Part shown: positions 19,516 to 29,058 of the stretch, piece after piece
Position numbering within the stretch: the stretch's first letter is position 1
Layout of the letters: the number at the start of each line of letters is the position of its first letter
From: Candidatus Krumholzibacteriota bacterium
GTDB lineage: Bacteria > Krumholzibacteriota > Krumholzibacteriia > JAJRXK01
DNA: 64,000 bases
Assembly: GCA_029262065.1 (NCBI GenBank)
Contig: JAJDAC010000023.1
Location: 3,828-67,827 of the forward strand
Direction of reading: 5' to 3'
Notes under the pieces: generated by a model
Databases searched by the model: none
Told to the model about the DNA's origin: nothing
The model's input: only the letters and a program-made list of their open reading frames with translations
Translations under genes and position numbers: made by a program

Positions 19516-21496
19516 ACGTATCGCCCATCTGGATCGCGTCCACCACGTCCATGCCGTGGGCAACCTTGCCGAAGATGGTGTAGCGCGCGTTCAGGTGAGG
19601 CTGCGGCGCGTGCGTGATGAACAGCTGGCAACCGCCCGTGTCCTTGCCCGAATGTGCAACTCCCACTACGCCGCGGTCGTACCGTTCGCGCGTCCACTCG
19701 CTGCGGATCGTGTAGCCCGGATCGCCCCATCCGGTACCCGTGGGATCGCCACCCTGGATCACGAAGTTCGGTACTACCCGATGGAACGTGACGTCGCGAA
19801 AAAATCCCGCTTCGGCCAGACGAGCGAAACTTTCCACCGTTTGTGGCGCTTCGCGCCCCAACAAGTCGATGTAGATGCGGCCACGTGACGTATCCAGCAC
19901 CAACTGCAGAGCGTTGCTCGCGGTAACAATCGCGGGCTGTTCTGGTGATCGTTCGACTTTGGTGAGGCGGGCCCGGATCTCGTCTTCATCGGCCAGGGCC
20001 GAGGCGTCGGCTTCGGGCAGAAGATTGAGCAGAGCGGTACGGGCAGCCAGGCGTAATCGCACGTCGCCGTTGCCCTCGAGAATTTTCTGCAACGGGACGA
20101 CGGCGGCCGGGACCTTCAAGATCCCCAGCGTGCTCACGACCTCCAGCCGCAGATCTCCGTGCGCGGTGGGGCGATTCAGCACGCTCAGCAACGCTTCGGC
20201 CGAGTCGGTGTCGTTCAACTGACCCAGGGCCTGGGCCGCAACCGTGGCCACGATCCAGTTGTCATCTTCGAGCAGATTGCGCAGGAGCGGTCGAGGAGCC
20301 TGCTCTTGGCAGTTGGCCAATCCTTCCACCGCCCGATGACGTATGGATTCGTGCCCTCGATCCTGGGCTGCTCTCACCAGGGTAGGTACGGCGGCGGGGT
20401 CGTCACTGTCGCCCAGGCGGGCTAACACGGTGCCCACGACCAGGAGGCTGGGATCGGTCAGGCCGGTTCGCAGGTTGCTGACGAGGGCGGCCGGTTCGGT
20501 GCAGCTGGCCAGCGCGTCGTACGCGGCCATGCGCACATCGACCACGGGGTCGGCGGTGTGCAGTCGGATGGATCCGGTGGCCTTTTCATCGCCGATGCGC
20601 CCCAGCGCTTGCAACGCGGCGGCGCGCACGTGGAACACCGAGTCTTGCGCGGCGGTGACGAGCGGGTCGATGGCGTTTTCGTTGCCCAGTCTTCCCAGGG
20701 CATCGGCGGCCATCACACGCAGTTGCCAGTCGGAATCGGCTTTCACCAGCGTCTGGGTCACGGTGTCGAGCGCCTCGGATGCCTCCAGGCGACCCAGGCT
20801 ACGCACCGCGTAACGCTTCACCAGGGAATCGGGGTGGCGGGTGAGTTCGCGCAGGCGCGGGACTGAACGGTCGGTCTCCGAGGGCAACTTTTCCATGGCA
20901 TAGGCGGCTCGCCACACCACGCTGGATTGATCGTCGTGCGTTGCTTCGAGCATGGCGTCGATGGAGGTGGAGTCGGCCAGCAGGGCCAGCGATTCGAGTG
21001 CCTGTTCGCGCACGTACGGGTGGTTGCGTTCCAACAGGGTCGACACCACCTGCGCGGTGCCGGCGGTAGTCGGCTGCAGACGCCCGAGGGCCAGGGCCAT
21101 CTCGCCCAGGGCACGGGGGTCGGTCTCATCGGGAAGCTGGCGAATGAGCGGACCACTTGCGCTTGGGTCGCCCAGGATGCCCAGGGCGAAAGCCACCTCG
21201 GCGCGGACCTCGGGGCGCTGGTCTTGCAACGCTCTTTCCAGCATCGGGCGGCCCTGGACGTCGCCGATGCGTCCCAGCGCGCGAGCCGCTTCCACCCGTA
21301 CCGCCGATCCGCCGTGGACCAGCAACAGGTTCAGGCTGTCGATCTCGGCCAGTCGGTGGTCTTCCCACTGCCGCACACGCAGGAGCTGCTCGTCGGTCCC
21401 CGGTTCGTAGCAGGCCGGTAGGACCACGACAGCCGCTATCACAACCAATACGCCAACCAGGGCAACCCATGTCGCCGATCCGTTGTACCTGACCAT
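19484..21496 (-). CDS. HEAT/PBS-lyase repeat protein fused to a C-terminal cyclophilin-type peptidyl-prolyl isomerase
   Basis: N-terminal TM helix or signal. At least 10 HEAT-like repeats (VRxxAARALGRIGD...). C-terminal ...FHRVVPNFVIQGGDPTGTGWGDPGYTIRSEW...GVVGVAHSGKDTGGCQLFIT matches the cyclophilin fold. Confidence 0.8.
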   Translation of the reverse strand: MVRYNGSATWVALVGVLVVIAAVVVLPACYEPGTDEQLLRVRQWEDHRLAEIDSLNLLLVHGGSAVRVEAARALGRIGDVQGRPMLERALQDQRPEVRAEVAFALGILGDPSASGPLIRQLPDETDPRALGEMALALGRLQPTTAGTAQVVSTLLERNHPYVREQALESLALLADSTSIDAMLEATHDDQSSVVWRAAYAMEKLPSETDRSVPRLRELTRHPDSLVKRYAVRSLGRLEASEALDTVTQTLVKADSDWQLRVMAADALGRLGNENAIDPLVTAAQDSVFHVRAAALQALGRIGDEKATGSIRLHTADPVVDVRMAAYDALASCTEPAALVSNLRTGLTDPSLLVVGTVLARLGDSDDPAAVPTLVRAAQDRGHESIRHRAVEGLANCQEQAPRPLLRNLLEDDNWIVATVAAQALGQLNDTDSAEALLSVLNRPTAHGDLRLEVVSTLGILKVPAAVVPLQKILEGNGDVRLRLAARTALLNLLPEADASALADEDEIRARLTKVERSPEQPAIVTASNALQLVLDTSRGRIYIDLLGREAPQTVESFARLAEAGFFRDVTFHRVVPNFVIQGGDPTGTGWGDPGYTIRSEWTRERYDRGVVGVAHSGKDTGGCQLFITHAPQPHLNARYTIFGKVAHGMDVVDAIQMGDTFSAEVRWANP

Positions 21497-21683
21497 GGCA
21501 TCTCCCCGATGAGTCGAGCGTGTGGGGCGGCGGAGGAAGGTGAGCGTAGGGCCGATGGGTTGTGAGCGGCAACCTCTAGGTCTGGCTCCGCCACGTTTTC
21601 AGTTCTCGTCGGCATTGGATCGGCGTTGTTGCCCTGTTACGCTCGCTAGCCAGCACTTCTCCGGCTTCCGAGGTTTTCAGATC

Positions 21684-22460
21684 GTGCCACCGTCCGTTGC
21701 TCGCATTGTCCTGGCCTACGATGGCACCGACTTCCATGGTTGGCAGATTCAGCCCAACCTGCGGACAGTCCAGGGGGAGCTGATCGCGGGGTTGAAACGC
21801 CTGATAGACGTCGTTTCGGTGCCTCCGGGTGCCGGTCGAACCGATGCGGGGGTGCACGCCTGGGGCCAGGTCAGCTCCGTGACTTTGGCGCATCCCGACG
21901 ATGTGATCCGGCTGACCCGTGCGTTGCCACACATGATGCCCGACGACATCGTGATCCGGTCGATTGTGTTGGAAACTTCCGACTTCCACGCGCGCCATAG
22001 CGCCTGCGGTCGCCACTATCGGTACCGCATGCTCACGCTGGCTGATCCATCGCGCCGTCGCAGCCATCTGAATGTGGGCGGGGGCCTGGATCTCGAGGCA
22101 ATGGTCGAGGCGGCGAGCAGTCTGGTGGGCGACCACGATTGCACCAGTCTGTGCCGCCGGGCGTCGCTCGAGCCCGGCCGAACTCGTTGCGTCATCCACA
22201 CCAGCCGGCTTACGGTGGACGGCGACGAGCTGGTGCTCGACATCGCGGCCGACCGCTTCCTGCATTCCATGGTGCGCACGATTGTGGGAACGCTTCTCGA
22301 TGTGGGTCAGGGGCGGCGGCGCTCCGACTGTTTTTCGTCCATCTTGTCGGCAATGGATCGAGGCGCGGCGGGCCCCACGGCGGCCCCCCATGGTCTGTAC
22401 CTGCATTCGGTGAAGTACGATTCTGAGTGCTCCGCTCCCCCGGAGGATCATGCGATATAG
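21684..22460 (+). CDS. truA: tRNA pseudouridine(38-40) synthase TruA
   Basis: RIVLAYDGTDFHGWQIQPNLRTVQGEL...GRTDAGVHAWGQV (catalytic Asp) ...FLHSMVRTIVGTL. Start placed at an in-frame GTG. Confidence 0.85.
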   Translation: MPPSVARIVLAYDGTDFHGWQIQPNLRTVQGELIAGLKRLIDVVSVPPGAGRTDAGVHAWGQVSSVTLAHPDDVIRLTRALPHMMPDDIVIRSIVLETSDFHARHSACGRHYRYRMLTLADPSRRRSHLNVGGGLDLEAMVEAASSLVGDHDCTSLCRRASLEPGRTRCVIHTSRLTVDGDELVLDIAADRFLHSMVRTIVGTLLDVGQGRRRSDCFSSILSAMDRGAAGPTAAPHGLYLHSVKYDSECSAPPEDHAI

Positions 22461-22470
22461 GAGACCAACC

Positions 22471-23115
22471 ATGCAGCTCTACCTGGAGAGTGCGGACCCC
22501 GACACGGTGCGCGAAGCCATGACCTGGAGCATTGTGGATGGGGTGGCCACATCGCCGCCGCTGCTGGCGCGAGCCGCCGGATCCTCTGAGGACCTGGTGA
22601 AAGAGCTCTGCGGCGTCGTAAATGGCCCGGTCTTCGTGGACGTAACATCGACTGACAGTGCGAACATGATCGAAGAGGCGCAGCTGTTGGCTAGCTTGGA
22701 CGACCGCGTCATCGTGCGCATTCCCTGCTCGAACACCGGCATTCCGGCCATCTCGGCGCTCGCCCAACAGCGTATTACGGTGGAGGCCGGATTGTGCTTC
22801 TCGCTTTCGCAGGCGTTGCTGGCCGCCAAGGCGGGGGCCAGGCTGGTTTCGCCCGCCGTGGGTGCCATGGATGCGGCCGGCGGAGACGGTCTCGCCCTGT
22901 TGGGCGCCATGATGACCATGCTCGATCAGTACGAAATGAAGGCCAGTGTGCACGCCGGCGGCCTGGAGCACCCGGGTCACGTGGCCGAAGCGGCCCGCAT
23001 GGGGGCCGACGGCGCCACGGTGTCGCTGGATCTGTTGGGGAAGCTGGCCGATCACCCCCTGACGCACGCGATGCGTGAGGGACAGCTGGACCAGTGGCGG
23101 CGAGCCCAGAATTAG
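22471..23115 (+). CDS. Transaldolase/fructose-6-phosphate aldolase family protein (TalC/FSA-like) with Arg at the expected Schiff-base Lys position
   Basis: MQLYLESADPDTV...GVATSPPLL...VIVRIPCSNTGIPAISAL...GLCFSLSQALLAAKAGARLVSPAVGAMD aligns to the TalC/FSA family. In the (V/I)K(I/V)P motif, codon 83 is CGC (Arg, nt 22717-22719). Confidence 0.8.
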   Translation: MQLYLESADPDTVREAMTWSIVDGVATSPPLLARAAGSSEDLVKELCGVVNGPVFVDVTSTDSANMIEEAQLLASLDDRVIVRIPCSNTGIPAISALAQQRITVEAGLCFSLSQALLAAKAGARLVSPAVGAMDAAGGDGLALLGAMMTMLDQYEMKASVHAGGLEHPGHVAEAARMGADGATVSLDLLGKLADHPLTHAMREGQLDQWRRAQN

Positions 23116-23152
23116 GGAACTGGTCCGCGTCTGGACGGTTGAAAGTAGAAGA

Positions 23153-24355
23153 ATGATGTCCGACAACAACCGCCTACCCTATGTCGTGGGAGCTCTCATG
23201 GGCCTGGCCCTGGGAGTATCCGTGCTGCTGTATTTCAGCCTGACCCAGCGCGGTGGTGAGCTACCCGTGCAAACCGGCGAATCGACCACTGGTTCCACCG
23301 ATTGGACAGACGCCGGTCCCGGTTTCAGCCCATCCCAGGTGATTTCCGACCAACGCGGGAACGCCATCGTCGAGGCCACCCGACGGGTTTCGCCGGCGGT
23401 GGTCAGCATCAACTCGATTCGTTCAGGCGCCACTACCCGGGTCATGCCGTTGCTGGACCTGTACACGCGGTCTCCACCCCAGAATGTCGGCGTGGGCAGC
23501 GGTTTCATCGTCGACGATCGTGGCTACATCTTGACCAACGAACACGTGATTCGCGAAGGCGATCAAGTGGTGGTCACGCTCAACAACGGTGAGCACTACG
23601 CGGCCGACATCCTGGGGCGCAGTGCCAAGTTCGATCTGGCGGTCCTGAAGATCCGCGGCGAAGAGATTCACGGTCTACCCGTGGTCGAGCTGGGCGACAG
23701 CGACGACGTCCTGGTAGGCGAGTGGGCCATCGCGATCGGCTCGCCGTTTGGGTATCTGCTGGACGACAGCAGCCCCACGGTCACCGTGGGTGTGATCAGC
23801 GCGGTGGGTCGTGACCTCAAGATGAACCAACCCTTGTACCTGGACATGATCCAGACCGACGCGGCCATCAACCAGGGCAACAGCGGTGGTCCTCTCGTGA
23901 ACAGCTTGGGTCAGGTGGTTGGTATCAACGCGTTCATCCTGAGTGAGACCGGCGGCTCCGTCGGGGTGAGCTTTGCCATCCCCGCCAATCGCGGGCGATG
24001 GGTGCTCGAGGAGATCCTGAAGTACGGAAGAATTCGCGAGTTCTACGCGGGTATGACCGGGGCTTTCCTATCGCCCTACCAGCGTCAAGACCTGCCGGAC
24101 GATGTACCCGATGGCTGGGCGGTATCCAACGTCGTTACCGGCTCGCCGGCCCACGAGGCGGGTATTCGAACCGGCGATATCCTGCGCGTGATCAACGGCG
24201 AACCCATCGTCAACAACCGTGCGTTGGTTCGCCGGTTGTACGAGGCTCGCGTAGGCGCCGTGCTGGAGTTCGTGGTGTGGCGCCACGGAAAAGGCGAGTT
24301 CCCGGCCCGGTTGACCCTGGTGGAGAGTCCGACCGGACCGAGACTTCAGCCCTGA
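23153..24355 (+). CDS. HtrA/DegP family periplasmic serine protease (S1C) with PDZ domain
   Basis: N-terminal TM anchor. Trypsin-fold motifs TNEHVI, DLAVLKI and GNSGGPLVN. C-terminal PDZ (GWAVSNVVTGSPAHEAGIRTGDILRVINGEPI). Confidence 0.88.
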   Translation: MMSDNNRLPYVVGALMGLALGVSVLLYFSLTQRGGELPVQTGESTTGSTDWTDAGPGFSPSQVISDQRGNAIVEATRRVSPAVVSINSIRSGATTRVMPLLDLYTRSPPQNVGVGSGFIVDDRGYILTNEHVIREGDQVVVTLNNGEHYAADILGRSAKFDLAVLKIRGEEIHGLPVVELGDSDDVLVGEWAIAIGSPFGYLLDDSSPTVTVGVISAVGRDLKMNQPLYLDMIQTDAAINQGNSGGPLVNSLGQVVGINAFILSETGGSVGVSFAIPANRGRWVLEEILKYGRIREFYAGMTGAFLSPYQRQDLPDDVPDGWAVSNVVTGSPAHEAGIRTGDILRVINGEPIVNNRALVRRLYEARVGAVLEFVVWRHGKGEFPARLTLVESPTGPRLQP

Positions 24356-24373
24356 TCGTCGGTCAGCATTCGG

Positions 24374-24895
24374 CTACTGAAACCGCGCCTTCAGTTCGCT
24401 CCAGCTTGCGCTTACCACGGGCACCGAACAGGCCGAGGGCCCCTGGATTCGCACACCCATGAAGGTGAAGTTGGCGCAGAAGTCCTCGAGTTCCAGGCAT
24501 TTTCCCGAGTAGGTAACGGTCTGTTGGCCCGAGCCGGACACCGTCGTGCCGCTGACGGTATAGGTTTGCGTCAGCTCGAAATCGGCGGTGCAGCCGGGGA
24601 AGATCGGTGTCTCGAGATCGCTGCATTCGATCTCAATGGTGTTGCCATTGATGACCGTCGTGCACTCGCTCTCGAATTCCTCGTCGGGAGTCTCGATGCA
24701 GTCGTTCGAGCAGATCGTGTCGGTGAAGGTGTTGCTGGTCAGGACCTCTTCCGTTTCGCATATCGTGACTTCGCTCGTGATTTCCCATTCTCCAAACCAC
24801 TGGGCTCCCACTTCTTCGTCGTTGGCGTGGGCGTGGGAAAGAGAGAGGCCGAGAACCAAGACGACCGTCGCGAGGGTTCGATTCCAAGATGTCAT
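24374..24895 (-). CDS. Small secreted acidic Cys-rich protein, a distant third member of the 10962/11679 family (shared C-terminal tail)
   Basis: Signal peptide (MTSWNRTLATVVLVLGLSLSHAHA). Thr/Glu/Cys-rich mature part. Ends ...CSVPVVSASWSELKARFQ. GC is about 57%, lower than the flanking DNA. The track ORF 24374..24973 was trimmed to the Met that precedes the signal peptide. Confidence 0.55.
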   Translation of the reverse strand: MTSWNRTLATVVLVLGLSLSHAHANDEEVGAQWFGEWEITSEVTICETEEVLTSNTFTDTICSNDCIETPDEEFESECTTVINGNTIEIECSDLETPIFPGCTADFELTQTYTVSGTTVSGSGQQTVTYSGKCLELEDFCANFTFMGVRIQGPSACSVPVVSASWSELKARFQ

Positions 24896-25018
24896 GCGTG
24901 GGCTCCGTTTCCAGTTGATGCCATATTCCCCCCAACGGGAATGATACCATGGATGTTGAGCCCATTTCCGCAACGCCGTGCTTGACCGCAGGCGCTCAGA
25001 CGTTAACTTTTCCCCGCC

Positions 25019-26311
25019 ATGATCGAACGCTATCAGACATCAGAAATGCGCGACCTGTGGTCGGACCGCCGGAAGTACGAAATCTGGCGCGACGTAGAGG
25101 TCGCGGCCTGCGACGCGCTGGCCGAGCTGGGGCATATTCCCAAGGAAGCGGCGCGTAACATCGCCCAGAAAGCCGACTTCGACGAAGCGCGCGTGCTCGA
25201 GATCGAGAATACCGTCCACCACGACGTCATCGCCTTCCTGACCAACATGGCCGAGTACATCGGCCCCGACAGTCGGTGGGTTCATTTGGGCATGACCAGC
25301 AGCGATCTGCTGGACACCACGTTGGCCGTGCAGTGCAAGGAAGCGGGCGAGCTCATCCTGGGTGAGTTGGAGCGGTTGACCCAGGTAGTGATTGCCCGCG
25401 CGCAGGAGCATCGCCGCACCATCATGATGGGCCGGTCGCACGGCGTTCACGCCGAGCCGACCACGTTCGGCCTGAAGCTCCTGGTATGGGCCGATCAGCT
25501 GAAGCGAGATCGGCGACGACTCAAGGCGTCGCTGCGTACGGTGGCGGTGGGACAGATCAGTGGACCGGTCGGGACCTTCGCGCACATCGACCCGTTGGTA
25601 GAAAAAACCGTGTGCGAGCGGCTTGGCCTGGAAGTGTCGCCGGTCAGCACGCAGGTGGTGCAGCGCGATCGTCATGCCGAATTCATGAACGCGCTGGCGC
25701 TGTTGGGCGCCACCATGGAAACCATGGCCATCGAGATTCGTCACCTGCAGCGCACCGAAGTGCACGAGGTGGAGGAGCCGTTCGGCAAGGGGCAAAAGGG
25801 CAGCAGCGCCATGCCCCACAAGAAGAATCCCATTCTTACCGAACGTCTCACCGGTATGGCTCGGCTGCTGCGTACCAACGCACAGGCGGCGTTGGAAAAC
25901 GTGGCGCTGTGGCACGAGCGCGACATCAGTCACAGCTCGGTCGAGCGCGTGATCCTTCCCGATTCCACCACCCTTGCCCACTACATGTTGGGCAAGGCGA
26001 TCTTCCTCATGGAAGGGTTGGTGGTGTTTCCCGAGCGTATGGAACAGAACCTCGAGAGCACCCACGGGTTGTACCACTCGGGTGCGGTGCTATTGGCCCT
26101 GGCCAAGGCCGGGGTGTCGCGCGAAGACGCGTACGCGGCGGTGCAGAAGGCGGCCATGCAGTGCTGGGAGACCGGCCGATCGTTCGAGGAGCTGGCGCGC
26201 GAAGCGCCCGACATAGACTTACCCGCCGCGGAGATGGACGCGTGTTTCTCGCGTGAGCGTCACATGGCGCACGTGGATACGTTGTTCGATCGGGTGCTGG
26301 GCGCGTCCTAG
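25019..26311 (+). CDS. purB: Adenylosuccinate lyase
   Basis: MIERYQTSEMRDLWSDRRKYEIW... and the fumarate-lyase signature GSSAMPHKKNP. Confidence 0.95.
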   Translation: MIERYQTSEMRDLWSDRRKYEIWRDVEVAACDALAELGHIPKEAARNIAQKADFDEARVLEIENTVHHDVIAFLTNMAEYIGPDSRWVHLGMTSSDLLDTTLAVQCKEAGELILGELERLTQVVIARAQEHRRTIMMGRSHGVHAEPTTFGLKLLVWADQLKRDRRRLKASLRTVAVGQISGPVGTFAHIDPLVEKTVCERLGLEVSPVSTQVVQRDRHAEFMNALALLGATMETMAIEIRHLQRTEVHEVEEPFGKGQKGSSAMPHKKNPILTERLTGMARLLRTNAQAALENVALWHERDISHSSVERVILPDSTTLAHYMLGKAIFLMEGLVVFPERMEQNLESTHGLYHSGAVLLALAKAGVSREDAYAAVQKAAMQCWETGRSFEELAREAPDIDLPAAEMDACFSRERHMAHVDTLFDRVLGAS

Positions 26312-26662
26312 GCGGTCGAATCCCGAGTGTACCCGGGTGCACCTGCCAGTGTGAAAAGGCGCCCCGCGGAGGATTCTTTCGAAGCACTCCGCGAGACGCA
26401 GTCAGACCACTACTGGCAAGGGCTTATCGAGAAGCTGCCCTCGTCACATGCGTTGTACACCGTGATTCCCCGCGTGGGCTCGATGATGATCCCGCTGGGC
26501 GCCGTGTACTCGGCGATGACGTAGGTCCCCGGGGGGAACGTCTTCCAGACGTGGGGCGCACTGAAGGTCAGATTCTGACCCCCTCTGGCGCGCCCCAACG
26601 ACCTGTGCTAGCTTCCCGTCTCACCGAACCCCGCCCACGCTCAACCCGCGCGAGATCATGGC

Positions 26663-29056
26663 ATGAGCCGTGTCCCCGTGAGCACGCTTGACGACGACGC
26701 GCTCGGCACTGCCCTGCGCGCGCTGTCCCTCACCCTGCAGTTGACCGAGGCCCGTCGCGTGGCCGAGCTGCTGGGTCGCGACCCCACCGAAACCGAACTT
26801 ACGCTGTTCGACACCATGTGGAGCGAACACTGTTCCTACAAGAGCAGTCGCAACGTGTTGAAGAAGCACCTGCCTACCGACGCCGGCAACGTCATCCTGG
26901 GTCCCGGTGAAGACGCCGGCATCTTTCGCCTGGCTGAAATAGACGGGGTTTCCTGGTCCGTCGCCGTGGCGCATGAAAGCCACAATCACCCGTCGCAGGT
27001 CATGCCGGTTGAAGGCGCGGCCACGGGCATCGGCGGCGTGGTACGCGATGTGTACTGCATGGGGGCCGACGTCATTGCCACGCTCGACCCGCTGCGTTTT
27101 GGCAATCCGCAGGGCGCCAACGCCGAGCGCAGTCGCGAGATCACGCGTGAGGTCATGGAAGGCATCGCCATGTACGGCAACGCCCTGGGTGTGCCGAACC
27201 TGGGCGGCGATGTGGTGTTCGACGACTGCTTCGATGACAACTGTCTGGTGAACGTAGTGGCCGTGGGCCTGGTGCGCGAAGATCGCATCGTGCGTAGTCG
27301 CGTACCCAATGCCGCGCGCAACGAGCCCTACGACTTCATCCTGGTGGGCAAGCCCACCGACTGGAGCGGCATGGGCGGTGCGGCCTTCGCGTCGGCCGAC
27401 CTGGATCACGCCGCGGCCCTGGAAAATCGCGGCAGCGTTCAGGTCGCCGATCCGTTCCTGAAGCGAATGCTGGTGGTGGCCAACCAGGCCATGCTGGATA
27501 TGGTCGCAGAGTTGGGGGTGGAAATCGGTTTCAAGGATCTGGGGGCCGGCGGTATTGCCTGCGTTTCCAGCGAGATGGCCGATGCCGGCGGCTTCGGTAT
27601 AGAAATAGACCTGGCGCTGGCGAGCCTGGCCGAAGAAGACTTGCCCAGTCGCGTGGCCGCGTGCAGCGAAACGCAGGAGCGATTCGGTTTGGCGGTGCCG
27701 GCCCGTTTGACCGAGCAGGTATTGGATCTGTACAACGAGCAGTTCGAGTTGCCCGCCATGTACGAAGGTGCGGGCGCGGCCCGGCTCGGACACATTCTCG
27801 TTCCCGATTCGCCCGACACCGCCATGTACCGGTTGCGCCGCGGCGACGAAATGCTCGTCGAAGCGCCGCTCAAGACCATTACCGAAGGCGTGTTGTACGA
27901 CCGGCCCGCGAAGGCCCGTTCGATCGACCGCAGCAAGAATGACCTGCCGCTGAACGATCGATCGGTGGGTGACGATCTGCGCGCTCTCATGGCGTCACCG
28001 CACCTTTGCAGTCGCCGCGCGCTCTACCAACACTACGATTGCGAAGTGAAGGCCCAGACGGTGCTGCGTCCGGGTGAAGCCGATGCCGGTGTCGTGGCGC
28101 CCGTGCCGGGTTCGGCCGTGGGCTTGGCCATGACCTGCGATGGCAACCCCCGCATCAGTCGCGTCGATCCATACCTGGGCGGCCTGTACGCGGTGGTGGA
28201 ATCGGTGCGCAACGTCGTGGCCGTGGGCGCGGTGCCATCGGCCGTGACCGATTGTCTGAATTATGGCAACCCCGAGGTCCCCGAGGTCTTCCACGATTTC
28301 CGTGAGGGCGTGCGGGGTATCGGCGACGCCTGCCGTGGCATCGGTCGGCTCGAAGCGCCGGACGAAGCCCTGCCCGTGATCAGTGGCAACGTCAGCTTCT
28401 ACAATCAGAGTTCCACCGGACGAGCTATCTCGCCTTCACCCATCGTGGCCTGCCTGGGCACCATCTCCGATGTATCGCGGTGCCGTAGTCTGGCCTTCAA
28501 GCAGGCGGGAAGTTGGATCGTGCGGGTGGGCGCTTTTTCGCCCCAGCTCGGCGGCAGCGTCCTGGCGCAATACGTCGACCCCAAGTGGGTAGGTTCGGTC
28601 GCGGCTCCCGACTTCAACGCCATTCGCGGCGAGCTGCGCGTGGTGCTCGAATCTTTCCTGCACGGCTGGATCACCGCCGCCCACGACGTTTCCGATGGGG
28701 GCACGTCGTCCGCCCTGGTGGACATGGCGTTGGGCGCGGAGAGTCGCGGACGACTGGGATTCTCGGTGGACCTGACCCCGTGGGTGGAAGAATCCAACGC
28801 GCATGCCGCCATGTTTGCCGAAGCCGGCGGCTTCCTGCTGGAAGTGGATCCTGTCCACGGCGAGGACGTGCTGAACGCGGCCAAGCGCCACGGTGCGTTC
28901 GCCCAGCGCATCGGCGAGGTGACCGAAGATTCCACGGCGATCTTCACTGGCCTGGATGCCGCGGGTGCCGACCTTCGGGTGCCGTTGGAAGAGTTGGCCG
29001 CCGCGCGTGAGGGAACGATGCCACGCCTGTTGAGTCGCGAAGAAGGGGAGGGCTGA
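26663..29056 (+). CDS. purL: Phosphoribosylformylglycinamidine synthase subunit PurL
   Basis: 797 aa. LFDTMWSEHCSYKSS...AVAHESHNHPS...GNALGVPNLGGDV, the canonical small PurL of the three-component FGAM synthase. Confidence 0.95.
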   Translation: MSRVPVSTLDDDALGTALRALSLTLQLTEARRVAELLGRDPTETELTLFDTMWSEHCSYKSSRNVLKKHLPTDAGNVILGPGEDAGIFRLAEIDGVSWSVAVAHESHNHPSQVMPVEGAATGIGGVVRDVYCMGADVIATLDPLRFGNPQGANAERSREITREVMEGIAMYGNALGVPNLGGDVVFDDCFDDNCLVNVVAVGLVREDRIVRSRVPNAARNEPYDFILVGKPTDWSGMGGAAFASADLDHAAALENRGSVQVADPFLKRMLVVANQAMLDMVAELGVEIGFKDLGAGGIACVSSEMADAGGFGIEIDLALASLAEEDLPSRVAACSETQERFGLAVPARLTEQVLDLYNEQFELPAMYEGAGAARLGHILVPDSPDTAMYRLRRGDEMLVEAPLKTITEGVLYDRPAKARSIDRSKNDLPLNDRSVGDDLRALMASPHLCSRRALYQHYDCEVKAQTVLRPGEADAGVVAPVPGSAVGLAMTCDGNPRISRVDPYLGGLYAVVESVRNVVAVGAVPSAVTDCLNYGNPEVPEVFHDFREGVRGIGDACRGIGRLEAPDEALPVISGNVSFYNQSSTGRAISPSPIVACLGTISDVSRCRSLAFKQAGSWIVRVGAFSPQLGGSVLAQYVDPKWVGSVAAPDFNAIRGELRVVLESFLHGWITAAHDVSDGGTSSALVDMALGAESRGRLGFSVDLTPWVEESNAHAAMFAEAGGFLLEVDPVHGEDVLNAAKRHGAFAQRIGEVTEDSTAIFTGLDAAGADLRVPLEELAAAREGTMPRLLSREEGEG

Positions 29057-29058
29057 AC

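Noticed and set aside
26410-26598. 62-aa minus-strand ORF (…GTYVIAEYTAPSGIIIEPTRGITVYNACDEGSF…) in the purB-purL intergenic region, and the overlapping plus-strand 65-aa ORF.
   Set aside because: It has no start context or signal peptide, is too short, and overlaps the likely purL promoter. It could be a domain remnant but is not supportable as a gene.
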